From an uncultured virus (IMG/VR IMGVR_UViG_3300044997_001052) (lineage: Duplodnaviria > Heunggongvirae > Uroviricota > Caudoviricetes), in IMG/VR virus record IMGVR_UViG_3300044997_001052: a DNA stretch of 20,000 bases, one strand, 5' to 3'. This document shows, in pieces, positions 1-11,500 of this stretch; the stretch's first letter is position 1; the number at the start of each line of letters is the position of its first letter. The translations under genes were made by a program, and so were the position numbers. Below the pieces are notes generated by a model. That model was not told the origin of the DNA, searched no databases, and saw nothing but the letters and a program-made list of their open reading frames with translations.

Positions 1-7
1 TTGGCTT

Positions 8-14
8 AAGGAGG
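8..14 (+). promoter_or_regulatory. Shine-Dalgarno site for the gpI-like gene
   Basis: AAGGAGG at 8-14, 8 nt upstream of the ATG at 23. Confidence 0.7.
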
Positions 15-22
15 AGCAATTT

Positions 23-781
23 ATGAAAATTAATTTACATGGTAAACTCGGCGAAGAGATAGGAGAGAGTTGGGATTTAGAAGTTTCTAGCGTTGCAGAA
101 GCGCTAAGAGGAATTGAGGCCAATACAAAAAAATTAAGAAAATGGTTCTTGGATCATGTTGAAGATTATGAATACGACATCTTAGTAAATAAAAAAAGTT
201 TTTTAACTAAAAATCTATCAGATAATCTATCTCAAGACGAAATCTATAATTCTGAGTTATTTTTGAATATAGAAAATCATGTAGAATACGTAGATATTGT
301 TCCTGTAATTAAAGGATCAGCTTTTATGCTCGCACTCGGAGCGTTATTTTTCGCTGGAGGAATAGCAATGGCTACAATAACAACATTTGTTACCGTTGGT
401 ATGACCTTGGCTTTCGTAGGATTAGGACTTATGTCCATGGGGGTAAGCTCGCTATTATCAAAACCTCCTCCATCTGTTCCGTATACAGCTCAACAAGTAA
501 ATCCAATAGAAGGTGGAGGCGGAGAAAGCGGTGGGCCTGCGTCCTATCTTTTTAATGGACCCACAAACACCGTTGGAGAAGGTGGACCAGTGCCTATAGG
601 ATATGGCGAATTAACTGTTGGTGGGCATACAATATTTAGTAATTACGAAATATTGTATAGAATATATAAGCAAGATTGGGTAGATGCAACCTTGCAAGCT
701 TCAATATTCGGGACAGAAAGATACTTATTAAATAGTAGAGGATTCTTGGCTTCTCAAGAGCCTATCTTAGCAGAGCCATAA
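23..781 (+). CDS. Tail tip assembly protein, lambda gpI-like (ubiquitin-like N-terminal domain plus hydrophobic segment)
   Basis: N-terminus KINLHGKLGEEIG..WDLEVSSVAEALRGI, then IVPVIKGS, a long hydrophobic Gly/Ala stretch, and SYLFNGPTNTVGEGGPVPIGYGELTVGGH, all characteristic of gpI-family proteins. Directly upstream of a gpJ-like gene. Confidence 0.9.
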   Translation: MKINLHGKLGEEIGESWDLEVSSVAEALRGIEANTKKLRKWFLDHVEDYEYDILVNKKSFLTKNLSDNLSQDEIYNSELFLNIENHVEYVDIVPVIKGSAFMLALGALFFAGGIAMATITTFVTVGMTLAFVGLGLMSMGVSSLLSKPPPSVPYTAQQVNPIEGGGGESGGPASYLFNGPTNTVGEGGPVPIGYGELTVGGHTIFSNYEILYRIYKQDWVDATLQASIFGTERYLLNSRGFLASQEPILAEP

Positions 782-782
782 T

Positions 783-3700
783 ATGGGTAATTCAAATAAA
801 TACGCAGAAGGTCTTAGAACAATATTATATCCATTTAATATTGGGGCAACATATTGCGGATATAACTTCCCAGAAAGTAGCGCGCAAGATTCGCCTGGAT
901 GCTTATCCTTTCATTTTTCTGGCGATCATATATCTAATGAGCTTGGAGATATTATAACTGGAGGAAATGGGGCAAATAAGATACCCTATAATCCGACAAG
1001 TGCGACAAGAAGATACGGGTGGGGACCAAGCGGATTTTACCATTTTTCTACGACAATAAGAGGTTTAAATCTTGGTATTACCGATTTAGGAACAAATAAT
1101 GGGCGCGGAGGCCCAGCTATATTTCTCAACACCGATCTATTACATAAAAGATTCCCTAATCGACCATTTAGCTTCCGTAGTCAAGGAGGGCTAAATCTTA
1201 ATGCTCAAGTCATAAATGAAACAATTAATATTAGGAATATAAGTCCACGGCCCCCAAATCTAGACGAAATCTATAAAGGGACATCTAAGGTAAATAACAT
1301 GACTCAAAGAGCTTTAGACACCCGAGCACTTAACACGATTACAAATATTCAAGTTTTGGATTTAATATCAGAAGGTCCAATCGAAGGACTTGTAAGCGGT
1401 GCTTATATTTATAGTACTCAAGGAAAAACGACTGGAGATATAGGTTATGCTTCTGCGACTTTTCAACCATTTTCTACAAGTGAAAATAATACTCCAGCAG
1501 AAATAAGATCAATCTTTTGGAATGATATACCTTTAGCCGACTTACAAGGAAATAAAAATTTTCAACAAATAAATTATAAATATACTTATGGAGAAAAAGA
1601 TAATGTTCATACGATATTTAACCCTTATGTAAATTTATACGAAGATAGAACTGATTATTACGGAAGAAGAACCGATATAAATAAAATACCTATAGAAACT
1701 TCAATAACTAAATCTATTGGCGAAAAACTTTATGGCGGATACTTAAAAGATCTTCCTGAATCTACTTCCGCGCAATACACGAAAGTTTTATATCCAAAAA
1801 CATATTATATTTATAATAGGGAAATATCTTCTATAGATGTAAATATAGAAATTCAAGGATTATTTGAGCAAATGCTTACTGGATCGAACGCGGGAGACAT
1901 AGAATGGAAAACGATGGAGTTTAAATTTGATGTATATAGATTAATGAATAACATGGACCTTGTAAGATTAGATACTTCAAAATATGCACCATACGAACCT
2001 AATTTTTATTCAAGTGATACAATACTAATTGAAGGCAGAATAACTAGCCCAACAATGTTCACGTATCACATTAATTTAAGACCGTATGCCGAAAATTTTC
2101 CTAGATTTGAAATTTTAGATAATCAAATCGGTTGGGCTATAGATATTGTTCAAAACACGTTAGAAGGAACAAGTTCAGCCCTACAATCTTCCGCAAATAT
2201 CCATTCAATTACAGAATTTTATTCTGATAGATTTTCTTATCCAGAGGTTGCTGGGGTCTTGTCTAGGTTTGATGCAAGGTATTTTAATGAAGTGCCATCA
2301 AGATCTTACAAAGTAAGGCTTTTAAAAGTTAAAATACCAGAGAATTACGATCCAATAACTAAAACTTATAGCGGCCCATGGAACGGTAAATTTAAAGTGG
2401 CATGGACAGATAATCCTGCGTGGTGTTTCTATGATTTGCTTTCAAATAAAAAATACGGTTTAGGTAAATATATTAACGCCAATTTAATTGATAAATGGAC
2501 TTTATATGAAATTTCTCAATATTGTGATCAGCTTGTGGCGGATGGTAATGGTGGTCTAGAACCCAGATTTAGATGCAATGTCTATATACAGAATAAAGAA
2601 GAAGCGCATAAAGTATTAAATGATATGGCGAGTATTTTTAGAGGGATATTATACTACTCAGCAGGACAAATTGTCGTTTCTCAAGATTCGCCAAAAGAAC
2701 CGATTTATATGTTTAATAATAGTAATGTTATTGATGGAAATTTTATATACTCTGATGCATCTAAAAAATCTAGGAAAACAGTAGCTTATGTAAGGTTTAA
2801 TGATGCTTTTGATAATTATAAACCTGCGATTGAGTATGTAGAGGATCGTGATTCTATATTAAAATATGGCATAAGAGAAACTGAGATCGCAGCATTTGGA
2901 TGTACGAGTCGTACACAAGCGAAAAGATTAGGAAAATGGATATTAGCTACGGAAAATCAAGAAACAGAAATTATAGATTTTAATGTTGGATTAGAAGGAA
3001 ATTTTGTCCGACCAGGAGACGTTGTATGGGTCTATGATCAGAATAGAAGGCTTAATCTTTACGGCGGTAGAACGCTAGAATTAACTACAGGATATGCAGT
3101 ATTAGATATACCATATAACAATAACAATTTATATGCTTTAAGTGGAATAAATCAATCTTTTCAATTCCAAGTTCTTACCCCAACTTATAATTTAAAAGCT
3201 GGCACAGAACTTGGTGATTTATACATGACTGGTTTTACAAGCATTACGTCTTCTGGAATCACCGGCATAAACTCTTCGTTCACCAAAAGAAGTCAGGTGC
3301 AGTATGTAGATTATAATCAATCAATTGGCTCTTATTTAGGAAGCGGGACAGGAATATATTCAAACTATATAAGATTAAATTTCCCAAAAGCAATAAAAGG
3401 GATATCTAGCCCAATTAATAGCGGATATAATCTATATCAGAATACAGTATGGGCCATAGATATTTCTACTTCAAATTATGGGGGGGTAAGTGGTGGATTA
3501 AATATTAGATCATTAATTGATAATAGTTTAAATAAATCATACTTAGGCTACATTTATGAGCCATATCTAAATGAACCCAAGAAATACAGAGTTTTAAATG
3601 TTGTAGAAAAAGAAGATCATAGTTTCTCTGTTAACGCCTTAGAATATAAAGATAAAAAATATACCGATGTTGATAATATGAATCTTTTAGATAATTTACC

Positions 3701-4178
3701 TACAAGAAAAGAAACGCCAAATACTCCAGGATTAAATCTTAGCGGGATATTTAGAAGTCCAAGCACGAACTCTTACTGCTCAACAAGCCCATGCAATGGA
3801 TTTCATTTTACCACAAATCAAAATGGGATTAATAGTGTTATGTACAATATTACGCCCCCAAATAATTCCTCGTCTGTCTATTTATATAAAGTTTATTTAA
3901 AATCTGGAGCATTCGAGTCCACAACATCAACAAATAGACAATATCTTATCAATACAATTACCCCTGAAGACCTATCTAGGAGAGGACTGTCATCATCAAA
4001 TTGGATAAATGGAACAATCCCTTATTTTGCCACGCCAATTGGTACAGGAAGTTATTATGTAAGGGTATATGCGGAAAATTCTATAGGAGAATCTTCTAAT
4101 TACATTCAATCTATATATCATTTAACTAATCAAACGTCGGTATTTAGCGTCCAAGTATCTGGAGTAAACGTTGTATAA
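783..4178 (+). CDS. Tip attachment / central tail tip protein, lambda gpJ-like (host specificity protein J family)
   Basis: Hallmark motifs VLDLISEGPIEGL, VKIPENYDPITKTYSGPWNGKFKVAWTDNPAWCFYDLL, IDKWTLYEISQYCDQLVADGNGGLEPRFRCN, AFGCTSRTQAKRLGKWIL and RPGDVV. Ends in an FN3-like pattern YYVRVYAENSIGESS. Confidence 0.93.
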   Translation: MGNSNKYAEGLRTILYPFNIGATYCGYNFPESSAQDSPGCLSFHFSGDHISNELGDIITGGNGANKIPYNPTSATRRYGWGPSGFYHFSTTIRGLNLGITDLGTNNGRGGPAIFLNTDLLHKRFPNRPFSFRSQGGLNLNAQVINETINIRNISPRPPNLDEIYKGTSKVNNMTQRALDTRALNTITNIQVLDLISEGPIEGLVSGAYIYSTQGKTTGDIGYASATFQPFSTSENNTPAEIRSIFWNDIPLADLQGNKNFQQINYKYTYGEKDNVHTIFNPYVNLYEDRTDYYGRRTDINKIPIETSITKSIGEKLYGGYLKDLPESTSAQYTKVLYPKTYYIYNREISSIDVNIEIQGLFEQMLTGSNAGDIEWKTMEFKFDVYRLMNNMDLVRLDTSKYAPYEPNFYSSDTILIEGRITSPTMFTYHINLRPYAENFPRFEILDNQIGWAIDIVQNTLEGTSSALQSSANIHSITEFYSDRFSYPEVAGVLSRFDARYFNEVPSRSYKVRLLKVKIPENYDPITKTYSGPWNGKFKVAWTDNPAWCFYDLLSNKKYGLGKYINANLIDKWTLYEISQYCDQLVADGNGGLEPRFRCNVYIQNKEEAHKVLNDMASIFRGILYYSAGQIVVSQDSPKEPIYMFNNSNVIDGNFIYSDASKKSRKTVAYVRFNDAFDNYKPAIEYVEDRDSILKYGIRETEIAAFGCTSRTQAKRLGKWILATENQETEIIDFNVGLEGNFVRPGDVVWVYDQNRRLNLYGGRTLELTTGYAVLDIPYNNNNLYALSGINQSFQFQVLTPTYNLKAGTELGDLYMTGFTSITSSGITGINSSFTKRSQVQYVDYNQSIGSYLGSGTGIYSNYIRLNFPKAIKGISSPINSGYNLYQNTVWAIDISTSNYGGVSGGLNIRSLIDNSLNKSYLGYIYEPYLNEPKKYRVLNVVEKEDHSFSVNALEYKDKKYTDVDNMNLLDNLPTRKETPNTPGLNLSGIFRSPSTNSYCSTSPCNGFHFTTNQNGINSVMYNITPPNNSSSVYLYKVYLKSGAFESTTSTNRQYLINTITPEDLSRRGLSSSNWINGTIPYFATPIGTGSYYVRVYAENSIGESSNYIQSIYHLTNQTSVFSVQVSGVNVV

Positions 4179-4181
4179 GAT

Positions 4182-5585
4182 ATGAAAATTAAAGATTTAA
4201 ATACAACAGTAAAATGGGAGACAATAAGATCGAATTTTGAAGCCTTAAATATAAAGTTACCCTTTCCATCATATAATATATTGATTAAACACGAAGATAC
4301 AATAATCGAGAAATTATCTGGATTAAGAGATTATACTTATACACAAGATCAATACTTTGCTAATTCTATAGAATATAAAAAACCAAAATATTTTTCGGAA
4401 GAAAGTAAAAATCGAATAGAAAGTCAGTACACTTTTCATTTTATAAAAAATTATAAAATTTATAAAGAAAAATTTAATAAATTAGGATTTTTTAAAAAGT
4501 TGAAATTTATTATTGATTATAATAACACAGATGAAGTAGATTACGAGTATGATTTAGAATATCCCGAGCTAGAAAATATTGATAATTCTTTATTATTTAA
4601 TAAAATCTACAGAAGTAATGATCATCTTTCGATAAAACTTTTAATAAATAAAAAATACTTTCAAGATCAAAATATTGATTCTTTATTAATTATTAGCGAT
4701 CTCCCAGATGTAAATAAACAGCTAAAAAATATATTAGCTAAAGACATAAATCAACAATGGTTGGATGTCAATGAAGAAAATTCTCTTCTAACGGTACCTT
4801 TTATAGAAAATACTATTGTAGAGATTACAGAAAATATTGATGTTAAAATATTACCCTTAAATTATGTCCAAACTCAAATATATAATTTTTTAAAACAACA
4901 AGAAAAGGAAAAAGATATAAATTCTATGTTTTTAGAATTTTTTAGTAATCAATTATTTAATGTAGGTAAAATATATAAGCTCCCTGCAAATATGGAAACT
5001 CTAATAGTTTATCAGAATTATTTGTACCTATTTAATAAAGATAGTCTTAAATCAAATTCTTTATCAAATATAAATATCAATAAAGTTTTATTTAATAAAT
5101 ATTATCCAATTTTAAATAAAGACGAATTATCGAAAGCAACAATATCTATCTCTTCTAATCCAGAAAATTTTGATAATACGTCTAATAGATTTAATCTTCT
5201 TGAAGATAATATAGGTTTTTATAATAAAGAATTAACGGAGTATAAAGATATCGTAAAGAATCTTCAATATTTTCAATCCAAAGGGGTAAAAGAATGTTCT
5301 ATAATTAATCTATCCGAGAAAGAGATAGACTGCGATTTATATATTGAATTTGTTACAGATTTTTACGAGAATGAGAATTTTTATATAGAAAATAGTAATA
5401 ATATTGAGCTATATCAAAAATATACAAAAAATATTTTAGGTAAGGAATATATAACGTTTTTATTTAAATATACTTATAATTTAAGTCCAGTAGATCAATA
5501 TTTACTAAATCATAATAAAACAAATAGATCTCAAATAATTCTTGGTAAAGATTTGATTAATTTTTCTGCAAAACTTATAATATAA
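4182..5585 (+). CDS. Hypothetical protein (467 aa, Asn/Ile/Lys/Tyr-rich)
   Basis: Long ORF in very AT-rich DNA starting 3 nt after the gpJ-like stop. No recognisable motif. Confidence 0.75.
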   Translation: MKIKDLNTTVKWETIRSNFEALNIKLPFPSYNILIKHEDTIIEKLSGLRDYTYTQDQYFANSIEYKKPKYFSEESKNRIESQYTFHFIKNYKIYKEKFNKLGFFKKLKFIIDYNNTDEVDYEYDLEYPELENIDNSLLFNKIYRSNDHLSIKLLINKKYFQDQNIDSLLIISDLPDVNKQLKNILAKDINQQWLDVNEENSLLTVPFIENTIVEITENIDVKILPLNYVQTQIYNFLKQQEKEKDINSMFLEFFSNQLFNVGKIYKLPANMETLIVYQNYLYLFNKDSLKSNSLSNININKVLFNKYYPILNKDELSKATISISSNPENFDNTSNRFNLLEDNIGFYNKELTEYKDIVKNLQYFQSKGVKECSIINLSEKEIDCDLYIEFVTDFYENENFYIENSNNIELYQKYTKNILGKEYITFLFKYTYNLSPVDQYLLNHNKTNRSQIILGKDLINFSAKLII

Positions 5586-5586
5586 G

Positions 5587-8500
5587 TTATTGTCTCTTCT
5601 TATACATTTGAGAACTTAGTAACCCGCCAGGTCTTTGTTGTTCTAAGATAGTTTGAATTACCTGACTTTTAATTCTTTGACCAAGCATATTCGCTTTGTC
5701 TTTTTCAGACATTTCGTTAAGTTCACTACCGCTTTTCTCTTGTTTACTCTCCATCATTGTTTGCCCTTGCGTGAGGTTGACTGTTACATTAACATTATTA
5801 ATAGGAGCATTTTGATTATTTGAGCTAAATCCTATTTGCCCACTCGCAGAACCACCTTCTGCAAATTTTTTTATTCTGCCGCTATTTAATTCATCAAAAA
5901 ACTTTTTGCCATATAAATTAACTGCTTCTTTTCGCATTACAAATTCGCCGCCCATTAATAAGGCTGGAATATTATCTTTATAATTTTGCCCACCATCAGC
6001 GAATTTTTTGATATATCCACCCATTGCTCTAGGCATCGGAGCCCTTGGGGTAGGCATGCTATAACGTAAAGGAGCAGAAGATAAATAGTTTGATCTTACC
6101 GCGCTAGAAGCTCCTAACTTAGCGGAAGGACCATATTTTGATTGACTACCAAATAAATTTCCAAATATTCCTCCTTCAGTTCCCGCTCCTGGCAAGAAAG
6201 ATAGGCCTATTCCAGCCAGACCTATTCCAGCCTGTATAAGCCCTGCGGTAATTGCTTGTTTTTTCTGCCGATTATATTGATCTCGAATTTCTTTATTAAT
6301 TCTTTGATTTTCTTCATAAGATTTTTTATTAGCTTCTCTTACCCCATCAACATATTCTAAATAATCGTCAATTTTATTGATTCTATCTATATAGATTTGT
6401 TCCATTTGTTTTCTTAACTCATTTTGGGGATTTGATGAATCTAAAAGGGCTCTTAAATTTAGATCTGATTCTGCGGATAATTTTCCATTTTTTGGTCGAT
6501 ATAAAGTTTGTCCAGTTTCTTCGATATATATTGGATCAAAATCTTTTACTTTAAACGTATTTTTGGCTACATAATTTAATTCACCACCGGTTGCAAATTT
6601 TTGAACTCTTCCTCCATTTTTAAAGTACATATTAGATAAAGATGTATCACTTTGATTATAAGATAATAAGCCTTGAGATTTAAGAACTGTACGAGATAAT
6701 CTTGCTACGTTTGATCCGAAGGCTCCCGCCGTACCATAATTTGTAGCCGTTGTTGGCGTTGTAGACGAATCAGTAGGGTTGCTAGTAGCCGCTGTCACCT
6801 TCCCCGCCGCGATCAGCCCCGCCATCGCCGTTTTGATAGGACCACCGATTAAAAATTTTTGAACTCTTCCGCCGTGCTTAAAGTATTGTTCGTCATCTTT
6901 ACGCCTTGGACTTAAAGCTGAATAACCAAATGTTGTAGATGTTGGTTGATTACTAGATTTAAATACAGGGGCAAAAGTGCTGGATCTATCTGCTATAGCA
7001 TTAAACATACCATCACCGAATGAACTTGTATGCAGAGAAGGAAATTTACTATTCTGCGCGTTAATCGCTTTTCTTTCTTTGTACATTCTGTACGCATTTT
7101 CCCTCGATACTGCTCCGCTCGCAGCCATCATTCCATACGCCATTGCTGTTCCATGAGCAGCTGTTATTTGTTGAGTTATCCCTCCTAAGAATTTTTTTTC
7201 AACTCTACCTTGATTTAGCATTTGTAAATATTCTGGACCATATTTCTTTACAGCGCTTTTCCTTATTACATATTCTCCCGCGCTTAACATTGCTGGTACA
7301 TCATCTTTTGTTCCAGATCCTCCCGTAACAGTGCCTCCAGATGAATAGCCTTTGATTATACCGCCTTTAGATTTACCGAATAAATTTCCAAAAATACCTG
7401 CGCCACCAAAAGCGCTAGTACTTCCGAATAATTGACCAAATGCTAAATTAGTAGTAAATTCAAGCGCAAGTTGTTGTATTTTATCACTAATATTTAAAGC
7501 CATTTTTCTAAATGCATCTGAGGCAGTCGCTGTCCCATTAGCAAAAGAAAGGAATGCATTATTAAATTCAGATTTAATTGTTCTAGCAGTATCAATCGCC
7601 CCAAGCTGAACATCTCTAAATAATGTAGATGTATTGTAATCAAAAGTATCAGTAAAGGCTTCTAGAAAGTCCATAGGCTTAGTATTTCCAAGCTTTATAT
7701 TTTTTTCTCTAATTGCTTGTCTTCCACTTAAAAATTCATCTGAAAATATTGCGCCTTCCGCGCTCTGAGCGAATAAACTTAAATTATCTGCAGCTGCCTG
7801 CGTAGCTAAATCTAATTTTACAAGATTATCTCCATATTTTTTTTCTAAATCTGTTCGAATAATTTCAAGTTTATTTGCCGCGCCTTGTCGTAATGTTGAA
7901 TCTAAAATAGAAGTATTGAGTGTATCAAATCCATTTTTTAAAGAAGAATTGCTAGCAGTTAATGCTTTTAATTTTGATTCAAATTCTGATACCTGCCTTA
8001 CGGATAAACTTCCTTGACTTTTTATTAAATTTAATTGCTCTTGTTCAAGAGCTTTTAATCTTTCTTTTGCTAAAGTTCTTGTTTGATCATCTAAGGTATT
8101 TTCATTTATTGAATTAATACCTTGTAAAGTTGAATCTGCAATTTCTTTTTGATAATCTGACGCTGACTTTCTTGTTAATTCTTCTATGTCTAAACCTTCA
8201 AATCTATTAGATCTTATGGCATCAATGGAGTCTTTAATAAGTTGTGAATTTTTTTCTTCTAAAAATATCTCGCCACGTCTAGCTTGTTGAATAATACTTA
8301 AACTTTTTGCAGCGTTTGATAAGGCAGGGATTAATAAATTGACATTCCCATTTAGTTTTTGAGTCAAGTCTGCTTCTATAGCTTTATATTTATTAATAGC
8401 CTCTTGTTTTAGAGTCGCGTCTGAAATACTTGCTTCTAAAAATTTAAGATTCTCGCCAGAAATAGAAGCTTTTTGACCGGCTTTATCTAAACCGACGCTG

Positions 8501-11500
8501 AGCTTAGCGAGTTGTTCGTCTGTTAGTTTTCCTTCTTTAGCAAGCATATCTGATGCTATTTTAATTTCATTTGAAAATTCGGTCATTAAATTTATTCGTT
8601 TTGAATCTTCTTGAGTTCCTTCTACAATTTTTGTTGTTGCAGATTTTGTTAAATTTTCAAGTATAGTTTTTGGACTATATTGTGTCACGAGTTCTGGATC
8701 TTTAAAAAGCTCAGCAAAGTTTGATTGTTTTAATATTTTTGCTCCAGCTAATCTTCGCGCTTTTGCTTTGGCATCACCTCCTTCTGTTCCATCTCCTTGA
8801 GCAAAAAGTTCAGTTAAGTTTACTGATAACTTTGCAAAAGAAAATATCCCTTTTGCAGCATTATCCATTGCTATACCTGCTAATTCTATACTGCCACCTA
8901 ATTCTTTAAATTTTTCTATTACTTTTGTTATTTTTTCTTTTGGATCTCCTTCGCCTTCTAGTATATTCTTAATAGACTTTTTTATGCTTTCACTATTTTT
9001 TTCTGTTATTTCTCCAGTAGTGACTAAATCACCAACAAAATTATTTAATTCTGTATTAAAATTTTTTAAGCTTTCTGCCGCTAAATCTGATGATAGTTTT
9101 TGAATAGCAAAGTTTTCTTTTTCTTCTTGAGTTAATTTTGCATAATTTTTTGGTACTCCATATTTTTCGAAAACTCCTCCGAACCCTTGAGATGATCGAG
9201 TAATAGCTTCTACATATGCAATATCCATTTGTTTTATTTTTTTATCTATTTGTTCTTGCGGAAACGGCGACATTCCTGTTTCCATAACGCTTTTTGGTCC
9301 ATTCTGAATATTAGTTAAATTTGTAAAGCCAAATGGATCACGGACCTCGCCAAAAAGAGGTCTGTCTGTTAATGATTTTTCTAAATCTTTGATTCCTTTA
9401 GATGTAGTAAATGAAACTAATTCAACAGCATTAGCATATCCAGATAATGATCCAATTAATTTCTCGTTATTAGAAAATAATTCTGCGAAAGTCTCTCCAG
9501 ATCTTGTTCGTAACATTCCAAAAGCGGTAATATTTTCATCAAATGTATCTTTTAAATTTCCATCTTTTTTAAGTTTAGCGATGTTACTTGCAAATTCATC
9601 TATGCTTTTTGCAGACTCTTTGATCGTAGAAGCTCTCCCTAAAGCTTCTCTTAATCTTTCTTCATCTCCAGACTCTACAGCGTTTATAATTTGATTTCTT
9701 AATTCAGGACCAACGTCATTAAGCACTCTTCCTAAACTTGCTCGAGACTCTCTCTCTGCTCTCTGTAAATCTTTATTTGTACCTTTTATTTCTCCAGTTT
9801 GTAGTCCTCGGATTTGATCTCTAAAAGTTAAAAATCCTTGAACATTTTCATTAAATCTAGATAAATTATTTAAGGATTGCGCTGCTTGTTTCGCAAACTC
9901 TGCAGTTTTATCATTAAGTATCTCTAAAGATTTTTTAAATCCTAATACTGCTCCTACTGTAGCTCCTATAGCAATGCCAAATGGTCCAAATAAGGCTCCT
10001 GCTCCAGCAAAGCTTGCAAATGTTCCAAGCCCTTCTGCAGCAGCTTGAGCTTTTTGATCTCCTGGTCTAGAGGCAGCAATTGTTTGTGCAATGATTGGAG
10101 CGCCGATACTTAAACCAATTCCTGCGGTTTGAATTCTCTGCGCACCTACTTGTCTCGCTTGTTGAGCTCTACCTAAAGCTTCTGATGCCCTTTGCGCTCT
10201 TTCTCCAGTAGTAGTATCTCTAATTCTTTCTAACTCTCTTAATTGCCTACCTCCACCAATACCTAATCCTAAAAATCCTCCAGCAGATCTTTCTAAATTA
10301 GAAACATTTTTATTAAATGATCTTGTGGCATTTGCAACTTCTTGTAGGCTACGATTCATATTTGTAACGCTTTGATTTGATAAATTATATTTTAATTTTA
10401 ATTGATCAACTTCTTTATTTGCGCTTTTTAGACTTCTTTGTTGATTTCTTAATTCATTTATAATTTTATTAAATTCTGCTTTAGCTTTTTGTATTTCATC
10501 TCTTGCATATGCTCCAGCATCTGTTGAGCCAAGAACGTTAGTTAAATTTGTCATCGCTGCTGGATTTAAACCTATGAATGGTCCTTGGCCAGCAAAATTC
10601 GGAATAAATCCCTCAGAAAATGATCCAGCTTTTTTTGCAACATTAATATTTTTTTGCGCTGCAATTCCTTGCTTGATACCATTTGGTTCATCATCTGTAT
10701 TGTAAACTCCAATCCCTAAAGGATTTTTTGGACTCATTAAACGATTATCTTGTCCTACTCTAATTTTTGAAACTGGAACACCAGCGGCTAGTTCTCTCTT
10801 AATTGAAGACCCAAGTGCAGAAAAATTAGGAATGAATCCTGCAGATTTTGTTTTCTTAGCTTTTGTTTTACCTTCTTTAGTTGCAATTTTATCTGCAAAA
10901 CTATCTAAATTTGAATCTGATAAACTATTTTTAAAATCTCCAGCTGTAAAATCTTTTAGTGGGCCAGCAGATTTAAATCTTTTTGAGATAGCTAATAATT
11001 CTCCTCTGTCTAAGTCAAAATTAGAGATTTCGCTAGTTGTTACTCTTTTAATAGCAGCTTTGACAGAAGCTTCAAATACTTGTCCTGTGGCGGCTTCTAC
11101 AGCACTCCTACTAAGATTTGATTTAATATATTGTTCAAATATTTTTTGATCTACTAATTGAGGACGTGTACTAACTTGACTTATATAATCTTTTGCATTT
11201 TGAACTAATGAATTAGATATATTATTATATAATTCATCTGGTATTTTTTCCCCTCCACCAGGAAATGGAAAAGCTGTAAATTTATAAGATTCACCAGTTT
11301 TACTTGTACCTCCAACAAAAAATGGAGGAGCTCCTCCAGCTGCATCTGGATAAACATATACTAATTTACTTCTAATTTTGGCTGCTTCTCTTGCTCCTTT
11401 GCCTTGAGCAGTTGCCAATTCTTTTTCTCTTAATTGTTTTACAATAATAGATTTTTTATTACTTTTTACTAATATTTGTCCCGCAGCTCGAATTAAACTT

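Noticed and set aside
1..26. Possible 3' end of an upstream gpK-like gene (GLRRSNL*, ATGA overlap with the gpI-like start)
   Set aside because: Only 7 codons are visible, too little to call.
7143..11149. Plus-strand ORFs 7143-7328, 8721-8909, 9389-9694 and 10832-11149
   Set aside because: Antisense shadows inside the TMP gene with non-ATG or unsupported starts and composition typical of reverse-strand reading.
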